Shown here one piece after another: positions 50,988 to 60,314 of a stretch of 64,000 nt of DNA (positions within the stretch are counted from its first letter, which is position 1; each line of letters starts with the position of its first letter). The stretch comes from Bacillota bacterium (GTDB lineage Bacteria; Bacillota; Sulfobacillia; JBFLWA01). The stretch spans positions 6,755 to 70,754 of the forward strand of contig JBFLWA010000009.1 of NCBI GenBank assembly GCA_040758135.1, written 5' to 3'. The notes under the pieces were generated by a model. That model was not told the DNA's origin, searched no databases, and saw only the letters and a program-made list of their open reading frames with translations. The translations under genes and the position numbers were made by a program.

Positions 50988-51248
50988 TCAGTTTATCATC
51001 GGCCGCGACACAGTAAGCTGATCAACAAGAACCCAAGTTAGACCAACCCCAATAGTTGCCCATATCGCCTGTCCTATTAGTATCCAGACCAAGGGACACA
51101 TTAGTGTTACATCACTGTCACCCTTAAGTGATATCGTCCTTTCTGCACCGCTAATGTAACTAGTGATGTTAACCTCGCGATCACCTACCTGACGGTAAAC
51201 GTAAATATCGACCAGCTGGCCCTTATTATTATGAATTACCGCACTTAA
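50988..51248 (-). pseudogene. Low-GC orphan gene fragment (86 codons, no start at its 5' end) with a hydrophobic helix
   Basis: Open frame LSAVIHNNKGQLVDIYVYRQ...DVTLMCPLVWILIGQAIWATIGVGLTWVLV; visibly AT-richer than its flanks. Confidence 0.4.
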
Positions 51249-51314
51249 TCATCTTCTGTTGTGTTAGCTGGGTGAGTGTCAAGGAGGAATCCCCAAAGAG
51301 GCACACCAACACCC

Positions 51315-51400
51315 CAGCAGCGCCTGGCAGTCCTGGCCCTAAGGCTTTAGACCCATGGCTTTGCGCCCCCAGCTTTCGCCGGGTTTGCCTTTATTGGGTG
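51315..51400 (-). ncRNA. c-di-GMP-I (GEMM) riboswitch
   Basis: GGCAAAC-ccggc-GAAA-gctggg-GGCGCAAAGC-catg-GGTCTAA...GACTGCC matches the class I aptamer layout. Confidence 0.85.
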
Positions 51401-51487
51401 CTGTGCTGGTCTGTGTTGTCTGTGCTGGAATGTTTGCCTTTTAATTGGTAGGATAAGTTACCTGCCGGAAGATGTTAATACCAAATC

Positions 51488-51943
51488 TTAGCTGCCGCTA
51501 AAGCGATGTCCCAGCTCACGCAGAAAATCAGTCAACGAGGTCCAGAAGCGCTGCCAGCCGGCAGCTGCCCCGGCTTGGACCCGGCTGGCCAGTTCACACA
51601 GATCATTAGTAGTCACTCCCGGCACCCGGTAACGAGAGCCTCCCCGCCAGCGCCAGGCGCCCAGTTCTACGGAAATCTGCTGCGGGGCCAGGTCGATCTT
51701 ACCCACCGGAACTACCCAGTGCCAGCCCCAGGTGCGACCGAGCAGGGTCAGCCGGTAGTCGCCCGGGGCTGGCATGGCCAGGCGGATTACTGATGGTGTG
51801 TAGTTGCGCTGCAGCAACCCATTGAGACCTGCCTCGGCACCATTGAGACCGATATAGAGGAGCAGGAGCAGGCAGATGACCATCGCGATGTAGGCTCTGG
51901 GGCTGGGCTGACGCGGCAACACGGGCATCACCTCGTTTGCCAT
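51488..51943 (-). CDS. Hypothetical membrane-anchored protein downstream of spoIIP
   Basis: 151-aa ORF with N-terminal TM; occupies the yqxA position. Confidence 0.6.
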   Translation of the reverse strand: MANEVMPVLPRQPSPRAYIAMVICLLLLLYIGLNGAEAGLNGLLQRNYTPSVIRLAMPAPGDYRLTLLGRTWGWHWVVPVGKIDLAPQQISVELGAWRWRGGSRYRVPGVTTNDLCELASRVQAGAAAGWQRFWTSLTDFLRELGHRFSGS

Positions 51944-51970
51944 GATGCCCTGACCGGGGGAGATTTATGT

Positions 51971-53089
51971 TTAGCCTGGATTAGCTAGGGTGTCCTCGCG
52001 AATTACCTCTGAGAGTACATCTGCTAACAGACGGGCGGCCCGCTTGGCCTCCTCCAGGGAGTTCTCGTGTCCCCCCATCTCGAAGAGGAGGGCTCCGGCG
52101 AGCAGATGTTGGTTGTAGCGCCCATCCTTTACCCGGATGCCGGATGATAGCCCCGGGTACTTCTCCTCCATCCGGGCGACGATCCTTCTGGCGAAAGTAT
52201 AGTTCTCCTGCCATTTAGGGTGGGGCAGCGAACGGTCGGTCCCGATGACAATCAGGATCTTGGCCACATCCAGGCCGCCAATGGTGGTAGTAGTCAGGTT
52301 GCGGACCCCGGCGTCGCGGTGGATGTCGATGAGCATTTTCAGACCCGGGTACTGCGATACCAGGGCCTCGGCGGTTTTGAGCGATTCCACATAGGCCCCT
52401 AGGCGTCCATCGGCATCATGGATTGTCGTGTTATGTATACAAGGGATGCCGTGGCGGTTAGTTAGGGCTTTCGCCAGTTCCTCGCCAACTGCTACCACCG
52501 AGACGGCAGTATTAAAGGTGAAGGCCTCCACCACCTTCTGGTCCATCGTTCTCAGGGTCGGAAGGAACGACTCCCGGGCGTGGGTGTGGTAGATGGCGAC
52601 CAAAGGTTCTGGGCCGAACCTCCGATTGGTGGCCGGCGGCGTCGAGGGCTGTCCGGTACCAGGCGATGTTAACCCGGGGCTGCCCTCACCGGGCAGCGGC
52701 CGGAGGTTGGGAGGTGGCTCGGCAAGAGGTAGCGAAGGCAAGTTGGCATGAGCCAGCAGGGGAATCTGCGATCCTAGCAGGCTGCGGGGGTTGCTAAGCT
52801 GACCACCGGAGGCCAGAGTGAATGCGGTGTCGAGGAGCGAGCGGACACTCAGTAGCTCAAACTCGCCTTCACCGGCCTGGGTATGGCGCATCAGCGGGAT
52901 GGTATCCCGCAAGAAGCTCTTGGCCGCCTCCAGCGTCCAATCGCGGGCACCAGACCGGAAACCCCTGGCCAAAACCGGAATGGCCCGGGCACCAACCAGG
53001 GGTGTATGGTCCAAGGCCATGGCCAGGCCGACAACCACTACCAATAGATAGGCTGCTACGATTTTCAATTGGTCATTGGGCCGGGCCAC
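51971..53089 (-). CDS. spoIIP: Stage II sporulation protein P
   Basis: IYHTHARESF, V..VGEEL, IDIHRD, RYNQHL, EMGG.EN; GTG after GGAGGGG. Confidence 0.93.
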   Translation of the reverse strand: MARPNDQLKIVAAYLLVVVVGLAMALDHTPLVGARAIPVLARGFRSGARDWTLEAAKSFLRDTIPLMRHTQAGEGEFELLSVRSLLDTAFTLASGGQLSNPRSLLGSQIPLLAHANLPSLPLAEPPPNLRPLPGEGSPGLTSPGTGQPSTPPATNRRFGPEPLVAIYHTHARESFLPTLRTMDQKVVEAFTFNTAVSVVAVGEELAKALTNRHGIPCIHNTTIHDADGRLGAYVESLKTAEALVSQYPGLKMLIDIHRDAGVRNLTTTTIGGLDVAKILIVIGTDRSLPHPKWQENYTFARRIVARMEEKYPGLSSGIRVKDGRYNQHLLAGALLFEMGGHENSLEEAKRAARLLADVLSEVIREDTLANPG

Positions 53090-53163
53090 GGCGACCCCCC
53101 TCCAGCCGGGAATTCGGCCAAGTATATTCGCCCTCAGCTTATGGATATGCCCGGCCGGGAGTG

Positions 53164-53204
53164 AAAAAGAATCCCGCCCGGCTAGATAGCCCGGACGGGA
53201 TTCT
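53164..53204 (-). terminator. Terminator after the holin-family gene
   Basis: agaatcccgtccgggct...agccgggcgggattct followed by tttt. Confidence 0.75.
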
Positions 53205-53219
53205 CGCATGCCTGCTAAT

Positions 53220-53546
53220 TTAGCGGAGCTGGGTAGGAACCACTGCATCGATGATCCCGATGACCAGCGAAGCCAGGAGGGCACCGACGATGGTAACACT
53301 CATAGTCGGCACTACAAATTGGGCCAGGTAGATAACGACCGCTGCCGTCAAGAAACCGACGAATCCCCGGCTCTGGGGGGAGATACGGTCGCCCAACAGG
53401 CTTTCCACCAGCCAGCCGATGATGGCGATGGCCACCGCCGCTAGTAAGGCGTTAACAAAGCCGGCTACCGTGAAACCTGGCAAGATGAAATCGACAAACA
53501 TAAGAACCAATGCGGAAACCACGAAGCGGACAATGAGCCCTAGCAT
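53220..53546 (-). CDS. 4-TM phage-holin-family (YvlD-like) membrane protein
   Basis: IVRFVVSALVL...PGFTVAGF..ALLAA...RGFVGF..AAVVIY.AQF.VP. Confidence 0.8.
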   Translation of the reverse strand: MLGLIVRFVVSALVLMFVDFILPGFTVAGFVNALLAAVAIAIIGWLVESLLGDRISPQSRGFVGFLTAAVVIYLAQFVVPTMSVTIVGALLASLVIGIIDAVVPTQLR

Positions 53547-53710
53547 GTTTTCACCCCCCATCCTATTCTCTGGATAGGTTGCCGCGGACGGGGAGGAAAA
53601 ATGCGAGAGCCCGTCAACCGCCGGACCGCGCAGATAATAACACCATCCTGTGTCAGCCATGATAATCTCAATCCACTTCTGCGGGCTAAATTCGTTTAGC
53701 AGCAACATCT

Positions 53711-54655
53711 ATGGAAAAGGGGAACGGTAACATAGTGATGATCAGTCCTGGCTACCAGCGGTTACTGAGTACCGGCGAGCTCAAGCAGCGCGCAGGGCTG
53801 GCCTACAGTCTGATGGAGAAGTGTGTACTCTGCGGCCACCGCTGCCGGGTCCGCCGTCTAAAGGGCGAAACCGGTGTCTGCCAGGCAGGCGACAAGGTAA
53901 CGGTCTCCGGTTTTGGACCACACTTCGGCGAAGAAGAGCCCCTGGTCGGCCACCGTGGCTCAGGCACCATCTTCTTTGGACGCTGCAACCTGGGGTGCGT
54001 CTTCTGCCAAAACTGGGAGATCAGCCGCGGTCCAGAACCCGGAACCGAGCTGGAGCCGGAGGAGCTGGCCCAGATCATGCTGCGCCTGCAGAAGCGAGGC
54101 TGCCATAATATCAATTTGGTCACCCCCACCCACTACCTGCCGCTGATTCTGTCGGCGGTGGAGATGGCAGCCCGGCAGGGGCTAGAGCTACCCCTGGTCT
54201 ACAACTGCGGCGGCTACGAGGAACTGGAGGCAGTACGCCTGCTAGACGGGATCGTTGACATCTGCCTGCCGGATGTGAAATACGCCGACCCCGAGGCCAG
54301 CCTCAGGTATTCTGGGGCACCCGATTACCCCCGAGTGGTTAAAGCCGCCCTGCGGGAGATGCATCGGCAGGTCGGCCCACTGCAGGTGGACGAGGAGGGA
54401 ATTGCCCAGCGCGGCCTACTCATCCGCCATTTAGTGCTTCCGGGCGGACTAGCCGGCACGGCCGAACTGTGCCGCTTCATCGCCAAAGAAATGTCACCTG
54501 AGACCCCAGTCCACATCATGGGGCAGTACTACCCCTGCTATCAGGCCCATGCCTATCCGCCGCTCAACCGGCGGGTCCAGCCCAAGGAAATATCGGAGGC
54601 TCTCCGGGCTGCCCGGGAGGCCGGACTGGTGAACCTCTTCGGGGAGGAGCGGTGA
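53711..54655 (+). CDS. PflX-like radical SAM protein
   Basis: HFGEEEPL, GSGTIFF..CNLGCVFCQNWEIS, HNINLVTPTH, LIRHLVLP, MGQYYP. Confidence 0.88.
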   Translation: MEKGNGNIVMISPGYQRLLSTGELKQRAGLAYSLMEKCVLCGHRCRVRRLKGETGVCQAGDKVTVSGFGPHFGEEEPLVGHRGSGTIFFGRCNLGCVFCQNWEISRGPEPGTELEPEELAQIMLRLQKRGCHNINLVTPTHYLPLILSAVEMAARQGLELPLVYNCGGYEELEAVRLLDGIVDICLPDVKYADPEASLRYSGAPDYPRVVKAALREMHRQVGPLQVDEEGIAQRGLLIRHLVLPGGLAGTAELCRFIAKEMSPETPVHIMGQYYPCYQAHAYPPLNRRVQPKEISEALRAAREAGLVNLFGEER

Positions 54656-54689
54656 TTACGGGTTGATCGACTGGAGCGCTCAACAATGG

Positions 54690-54711
54690 GGCCCGCGGTC
54701 ACCCGCGGGCC
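54690..54711. terminator. Hairpin between convergent genes
   Basis: ggcccgcgg-tcac-ccgcgggcc; no clear U tract. Confidence 0.45.
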
Positions 54712-54732
54712 TGCTACGTACCTGAGTTGTCG

Positions 54733-56364
54733 CTACTCCCCGGCGAACAGGGCCTTCCGCACCAGAGCCGGCGGAATTGTCCCGTAAGACAGGAGCTGGT
54801 TGTGGAAGCTCTTCAGGTCAAAGTGATTCTCCTTGCGCTTCCTGTACTCATTCACCAGCTTGAGCAGTTCCAGCTTGCCCATGAGGTAGCTCATAGGTTG
54901 AGTCGGGCTCATGGTGTAACGACTGACCTCGGCAATGGCATTGACCGGCTCCAGATGCGCCTTTTCCACCAGAAAGTCCACGGCCTCACCAAAGCTCATC
55001 CGGCCAGTGTGCAGGCTGGCATCAATGATGATCCGGGCCGCCCGCCAGAGCTGGTCATTGAGGCGGGCCAACTTGACTTTGGGGTCCGAGATGTAGCCCA
55101 GCTGCTCCATGAGCTCCTCGCAGTAAAAAGCCCAGCCTTCGGCGAAGAGGGTACTGCCCGAGAGCTTGCGGATGAGTGACCCAGCCGTGTTGGCCCAGAC
55201 CAGCTGCAGGTGGTGGCCGGGGTAGCCTTCGTGCAGAGTGGTCACCGGGATCTTATAGCAGCTATGGCCCTGCAGCTTCTGCTCCTGCTCTTCGGGAGGG
55301 CTATTGGGGTCGACCGGAGTTACCCAGAAGTGGCCTGTCTGGTCCTTCTCGAAGGGGGCTGGCTGCATGTAAGCCGCATAGGGGATTACTGCCCGCTGGA
55401 AGGCGGGGGTGGCCTCGATCACCAGCTTCTCGTTGGCGGGAATATCGACGATGCCCTGGTCAATGACGAACTGCTTGACCCGGGCCAGTTCCTGCCGGTA
55501 GTAGTCGAGCAGCCCCTCGGCGGTGGGGTGTTCGGCCTTGAGCCCCTCCAGAATCTCCTCCCAGCTTCGGTTGGGGTCGATCTCGCGGCTGAGATTGGCC
55601 ATCTCCTGGCGGGTCGACTCGAAAATCTCCCAACCCTTGGCCAGCAGGGTCTCGGCCGTGTAGTCCAGCAAGTGGTTCTCCTGCAGCATCTCGGTGAACA
55701 TCACTTCGCCGACGGCGAAATCTCCGTTAGACTGGGGCAGCAGCTCCTTGAGCCAGGCCAGGTGCTTCTGGAAGGCCTCGATGGTCTTCTGGACCGGGGC
55801 GATGATCATCCCGGCAAAGGCGCCGGCCTGCTGCTTGATCATGGGGATCAGTCCCTCGAAGAACATGATCCCGCCCTGGGTCTGCTTGATAGCGATCTCG
55901 GTGAAGATGCGGGGTGGGTTGACGATGAGCTGACGGCTCTGCTCTAACAGACGCTCGGTGTGCTGGAGGCGTTGAAGCAGATCCTTGCCGCGTACCAGGA
56001 GCGGAGCGTACTCCCGGGTCAACATGATGTAGGCGACATTCATCAACATACCGGCAGCGCTGCCCGGGTGCTTCTCGTGGGAGCGCAGCACCTCAACCTG
56101 GCGAATCCCGTCCTTGAGCTGGATCTCCAAGAGCTTGCGGTCAATCTGGCCATCGATGCTCAGTTCATCAGGGTTGATCGCCTCCAACTGGGCCAGAAAC
56201 TCCTTGCTCTTGGCCAATTGGTCCTCGATGGCCTCGCGACTTAAATCGGGGACCTGGCTGTCGAACTCGTGCCGGCCGACGAAGGTGGCGACGAAGGGGT
56301 TAGACTCAAAGTACCAATTAACTGTGGTTTCGATGAGGGCCTGGAGCCTTTGATCGGTGGTCAT
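54733..56364 (-). CDS. DUF885 family putative metallopeptidase
   Basis: HEGYPGHHLQ, FAEGWAFYCE, WRAARIIID..LH, PTQPMSY.MG. Confidence 0.9.
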   Translation of the reverse strand: MTTDQRLQALIETTVNWYFESNPFVATFVGRHEFDSQVPDLSREAIEDQLAKSKEFLAQLEAINPDELSIDGQIDRKLLEIQLKDGIRQVEVLRSHEKHPGSAAGMLMNVAYIMLTREYAPLLVRGKDLLQRLQHTERLLEQSRQLIVNPPRIFTEIAIKQTQGGIMFFEGLIPMIKQQAGAFAGMIIAPVQKTIEAFQKHLAWLKELLPQSNGDFAVGEVMFTEMLQENHLLDYTAETLLAKGWEIFESTRQEMANLSREIDPNRSWEEILEGLKAEHPTAEGLLDYYRQELARVKQFVIDQGIVDIPANEKLVIEATPAFQRAVIPYAAYMQPAPFEKDQTGHFWVTPVDPNSPPEEQEQKLQGHSCYKIPVTTLHEGYPGHHLQLVWANTAGSLIRKLSGSTLFAEGWAFYCEELMEQLGYISDPKVKLARLNDQLWRAARIIIDASLHTGRMSFGEAVDFLVEKAHLEPVNAIAEVSRYTMSPTQPMSYLMGKLELLKLVNEYRKRKENHFDLKSFHNQLLSYGTIPPALVRKALFAGE

Positions 56365-56509
56365 TAGATCACTCTCCTCTGCTTTTTCTTCTGATATTAG
56401 GAGTTTTGGGTTCGGTCGCCAATTCCTTCCGGCCAACTACCGGCGGGGGATGCAGCAGTTGATATGGCGAACGCCTGGGAAACGAGCTGAAACTGGGCAA
56501 ATATCGACC

Positions 56510-56538
56510 TTGCGGGGCTTCCAAGGCTATGGTAAAAT
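56510..56538 (+). promoter_or_regulatory. sigmaA promoter of rpsT
   Basis: TTGCGG-17 bp-TAAAAT with TG extension. Confidence 0.6.
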
Positions 56539-56582
56539 AGCCGAGGATATCTACAGCTGTCATCGGCGAGGGGGTGAAAGAT

Positions 56583-56849
56583 TTGGCTCGTATTAAGTCT
56601 GCCAAGAAGCGCGCACAGCTCCAGGAGATACAGAGAAAGCGCAATGCTGCTATCAAGTCAAAGGTGCGCACGGCAGTGAAGGACTTCGGTACCTCCCTGG
56701 CCAATGGCGAGGACAATAGCGAAGCAAAAATGGTCCAAGCTGTTCGGACCATTGATAAGGCAGTAACCAAGGGGACCCTGCACCCCAACACCGCCGCCCG
56801 CAAGAAGTCGCAGATTATGAAAGCCATGAATAAAGCCAAGGCCGAGTAG
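56583..56849 (+). CDS. rpsT: 30S ribosomal protein S20
   Basis: ARIKSAKKR, KSKVRTAVK, IDKAVTKGTLHPNTAARKKS. Confidence 0.96.
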   Translation: MARIKSAKKRAQLQEIQRKRNAAIKSKVRTAVKDFGTSLANGEDNSEAKMVQAVRTIDKAVTKGTLHPNTAARKKSQIMKAMNKAKAE

Positions 56850-56907
56850 GACTTGGCTGCATTCATCGACTGCCCAAGCTTGAGCCAAGGCCGAGTAGGC
56901 CTTGGCT
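56834..56907. repeat. Two 25-bp palindromic direct repeats separated by 24 bp; the second copy is a likely bidirectional terminator
   Basis: agccaaggccgagtaggacttggct (56834-56858) and agccaaggccgagtaggccttggct (56883-56907). Confidence 0.85.
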
Positions 56908-57899
56908 TATGATCCAGCCAGCTTCAGAATGGCCATCTCCACGGCCAGCTCCTCAGGGAGCTGGCCTCTTTTGATGCATAGCTCGGCCTGAGCCAGGGTG
57001 CTGAAGGCCTCTCGCAGGACGGCCCGCTCGAGACGCCGTGCCCGCTCGCAGGCCTTCCGGGCAACATACGGGTGGGCTTTGAGCTCCTTGACCACACTCT
57101 CGGTGTCCAGTCCGCGCTCGATAAGGACGCGCGCCTTGAGGAGTAACCGCAGCTGCCAGGCGATGGCGGCAATGACCTGCAACGGCGATTGCCCGGAGAC
57201 CAACAGGCTCCGGTAAACGGCCAGCGCCCGGTCGCCGTGACCGTCGCCGATGGCGTCCGTTAACTGGTAGGTCTTCTCCTCCACCGACCGGGCCACCAGA
57301 AGCTCCACGGTAGCCGCGTCGATCTCGGCGCTCTGACCCAGATAGATGGCGAGCTTATCTATCTCGCTGTCCAGGCGCCGTAGGTCATCTCCAACCCGCT
57401 GTGTCAGGAGCCAGGCGGTACGAGGGGCCAGGTGCTTGCCGCGCCCGGCCGCCCGGGCCCTGACCCACTGGATCAAAGCATCTCCTCGCAGCTGTTGGCA
57501 GTCGACTATGGCCACTGACCCGGTCAGCTGCCTAAAAGCCTTGCTCCGCCCGTCCAAGGGAGACTCCGGCGCCACCACCAGACAGGCGCCGGGTGCCGCG
57601 CCCCGGTACCAACGGCCGATCGCTTCGGCCATCTCCTCCTCCACCGCGGCCGGCTTGAAGACCACCAATCGGGTGCCACCGAAGAGGGTCGGTGTATCCA
57701 CAAGCTCGAGCGCCTCCCGGAGCGACGCCTGGTCGGAGAGCTCCGCATAATTGAACTCCTCACCTTCGCCGTCAGGGAAGAGCTGCTCGCGCAGGGCCGC
57801 GATGAACTCGGACTGGAGCAACTCCTCGGGGCCGTGCAGGAGATAGGCGGGGGCTACCTTCCCCTTTTTCACTTCTTCCAGCCTAATGGTGTATTCCAT
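56907..57899 (-). CDS. holA: DNA polymerase III delta subunit
   Basis: YLLHGPE, FNY, T..LFGG.RLV, EIDKLA.Y, HPYVA.K; comEC-holA-rpsT synteny. Confidence 0.92.
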   Translation of the reverse strand: MEYTIRLEEVKKGKVAPAYLLHGPEELLQSEFIAALREQLFPDGEGEEFNYAELSDQASLREALELVDTPTLFGGTRLVVFKPAAVEEEMAEAIGRWYRGAAPGACLVVAPESPLDGRSKAFRQLTGSVAIVDCQQLRGDALIQWVRARAAGRGKHLAPRTAWLLTQRVGDDLRRLDSEIDKLAIYLGQSAEIDAATVELLVARSVEEKTYQLTDAIGDGHGDRALAVYRSLLVSGQSPLQVIAAIAWQLRLLLKARVLIERGLDTESVVKELKAHPYVARKACERARRLERAVLREAFSTLAQAELCIKRGQLPEELAVEMAILKLAGS

Positions 57900-57962
57900 G
57901 GGCTCCCCTTTCGATGCACCAGGCCAGGTATCCTTCCTCCCATTCCGGAGCGAACCAACTGG

Positions 57963-60248
57963 TCAGTATGGCCGGATCGGTATCCAACCTTTGGCCCTTT
58001 TGTGGGTCCTGACTACCAAACCTCTCCGACTGGCCTCAATGGTAATCATCCCGTGCCAGTCGGTTCGAAGAATGGCTGCACCAGCCTGCTGCAAGCGCAG
58101 TATGGTTTCGGGGGCTGGGTGGCCGTGGCGGTTACCAGCGCCCAGTGATATAACGGCCAGGCGGGGCTGTAGCCCATGAAGGAGGGCCTGGCTAGTGGCC
58201 TGACGGGCCCCGTGGTGGCCCACCTTGAGCAGGTCGACCGACCCCAACCGAGTTGACGCCAGCAGGGCTGCTTCGCCGGTGGCCTCCAGATCGCCGACCA
58301 GCAAGGCGCTGAACTCCCGCCAGGTCAGGCGAATCACCAGCGAAAACTCGTTTTCCATCCCGCTGGTGGCCGGGTCGGGTGGGGGCCAGAGCAGCTCCAG
58401 CCGGGCCTGGCCCAGGCGCAGGGCCCGACCGGCAGAAGCCCAGTGAACCGGGACGCCCCGGGCGGAGAGGGCAGTCTGCCATCGAGCCACCTCCGGATGT
58501 CCGGTAAAGGCAGCCGGGAGGATCACCCCGCCCACACTCAGCTGCGCACTGACCGCCTCGAGCCCCTCCTGGTGATCGGCGTGGGGATGAGTGAGGACCA
58601 GGTAGTCGAGGTGCCTGATTCCCAACCGGAGCAGGGCGGCAACGGTGCGCTCGGTCGGGTCTGGCCAGGAACTGCCGCCTCCCCCGTCCAGTAGCAGGCG
58701 GCGTCCGGCGCTCTCGATGAGGATAGCATCGCCCTGGCCTACATCGATGAAGGTCAGGCGGAAATGGGGTGATGGGCGGATCAGGGCCAGGCCGGCTAGG
58801 AGGAGCGGCAGGATGAAGGGAAGAAGGCGGGCAGCACCTTGGAAGCGCCGGGCCGGGCGGACCAGCAGCCAGACCAGACAGCCGTAGTAGGCAGCAATTA
58901 CCCAGGCCGGCGGCGGTGGCCAGCGCAGGTAGGCAGCGCTCGGTAGGGAGCCAGCGGCGGCCAGGGCCATTAAGAGCCGCAGTAGCCACCCGGTGAGCCA
59001 ATTTACCATCCGGCCGATCCGGGGCAGGACGAGGCCGACAAAGGTCCCGGTAATCCCCAGTGGAATGATCAGGCCAGCCAGGGGGAGGGCGAGCAGGTTA
59101 ACCACTGGTGCCACCAGGGAGAAGCCGGTGAAATGCCAGGCCAGGACGGGGAAGGTTCCGGCGGTCACTCCGAGGCTCAACCCCATCGCCCGGACCAGCC
59201 CGCGCCAGCGGGTCGGCAGCCGTTCGAAGGGGAGACGGGAGGCGACCAGCAAGGCCAGAGTGGCCGCAAAGGAGAGCTGGAATCCCGCCTCCCTGACCTG
59301 GTGGGGGCTGACCCACAGCAGGAGGCAGGCTGCACCCGCCAGTGTGTTAACCGTATTGCCGTGACGCCTCAAGGCCCAGGCCGCCAAGACAAGAACGGCC
59401 ACCGTTACCGCCCTGACCACCGAAGCCCGCCATCCCACCAACCAGGCATAGCCCAGAAGCCAGCCGACCGAGGCCAGGCAGGCAGCACGCTGGCCCAGAC
59501 CCAGGTATCGCCAGAGCAGCTGGATAAAGCCCAGTACCACAGCGACATGGGCGCCGGAGACTGCCAGCAGATGGAGGATCCCGGCCCGCTGAAACTCCGC
59601 TTCGAGCCCGGCATCAAGATGGGAACGGGCTCCCAGCAACAGGCCGGAGAGCAAGGGGGCGCCCCCGGCGGGCAGAGTGGCTTCCATGGTGGCCAATAGG
59701 CACTGACGGAGGCGGACCGCGAGGGGCGGCGATCCCCGGCGGACCAACTCTGTCTTACCAGTGATCTGCCCATATAGGCGGCGGCTGGCCGCCCAGGCCG
59801 GGTAATCAAACTCGCCCGGGTTTCCCGGCCCCGGAAAGGGCTCGAGAGCCCCGGAGAGTTCGATCAGGTCGCCGGCAGTGAACTTAACCGGCGCCGTAGT
59901 GCGGACCCGCCATCCGCCCCCAGCCGGCCCGTGTAGCACCCTGACCGTTAAGCGGAAGCGCCCGTGGTCGCTGCGCAAGGCCTCTTCTACAATGCCCTGT
60001 AAGCATGTGGGCTGCCCATAGAGGCGAGAAACCCGCGCCCATTCGCCCTGGCTCCAGAGGGCAGCGGGCCACGTGAGCAGGAAGCCGACCAGGATCAGAC
60101 CCACCCCCCGGCCCCGGCCGTACCCCGCCAGCCAGCCCGCGCCGATAGCCAGGACCAGGAACCAACCGCGCGTGGGGCCCAGCCAGGCGCTGGCCACCGT
60201 ACCCCCCAATAGCCAGAGAAAAGGAAAGCGAAGCAATCCCTTCACCAC
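57963..60248 (-). CDS. comEC: DNA uptake channel ComEC/Rec2
   Basis: NPGEFDY, HLLAVSGAHV, GFQLSF, DVGQGD, THPHADH, KVGHHG. Confidence 0.95.
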   Translation of the reverse strand: MVKGLLRFPFLWLLGGTVASAWLGPTRGWFLVLAIGAGWLAGYGRGRGVGLILVGFLLTWPAALWSQGEWARVSRLYGQPTCLQGIVEEALRSDHGRFRLTVRVLHGPAGGGWRVRTTAPVKFTAGDLIELSGALEPFPGPGNPGEFDYPAWAASRRLYGQITGKTELVRRGSPPLAVRLRQCLLATMEATLPAGGAPLLSGLLLGARSHLDAGLEAEFQRAGILHLLAVSGAHVAVVLGFIQLLWRYLGLGQRAACLASVGWLLGYAWLVGWRASVVRAVTVAVLVLAAWALRRHGNTVNTLAGAACLLLWVSPHQVREAGFQLSFAATLALLVASRLPFERLPTRWRGLVRAMGLSLGVTAGTFPVLAWHFTGFSLVAPVVNLLALPLAGLIIPLGITGTFVGLVLPRIGRMVNWLTGWLLRLLMALAAAGSLPSAAYLRWPPPPAWVIAAYYGCLVWLLVRPARRFQGAARLLPFILPLLLAGLALIRPSPHFRLTFIDVGQGDAILIESAGRRLLLDGGGGSSWPDPTERTVAALLRLGIRHLDYLVLTHPHADHQEGLEAVSAQLSVGGVILPAAFTGHPEVARWQTALSARGVPVHWASAGRALRLGQARLELLWPPPDPATSGMENEFSLVIRLTWREFSALLVGDLEATGEAALLASTRLGSVDLLKVGHHGARQATSQALLHGLQPRLAVISLGAGNRHGHPAPETILRLQQAGAAILRTDWHGMITIEASRRGLVVRTHKRAKGWIPIRPY

Positions 60249-60314
60249 CAGCCGGACCTCTGTCCGGGATCTAGTCGGGACTACTTCGCCAGATAGACTT
60301 CCATATCCTGCCAG

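Noticed and set aside
53220-53546. Prophage suggested by the holin-family gene
   Set aside because: No integrase, structural or lysin genes; this family is commonly chromosomal.
56834-56907. Repeat-spacer-repeat resembling a mini CRISPR array
   Set aside because: Only two units, one overlapping rpsT coding sequence, a 24-bp spacer, and no leader or cas genes.
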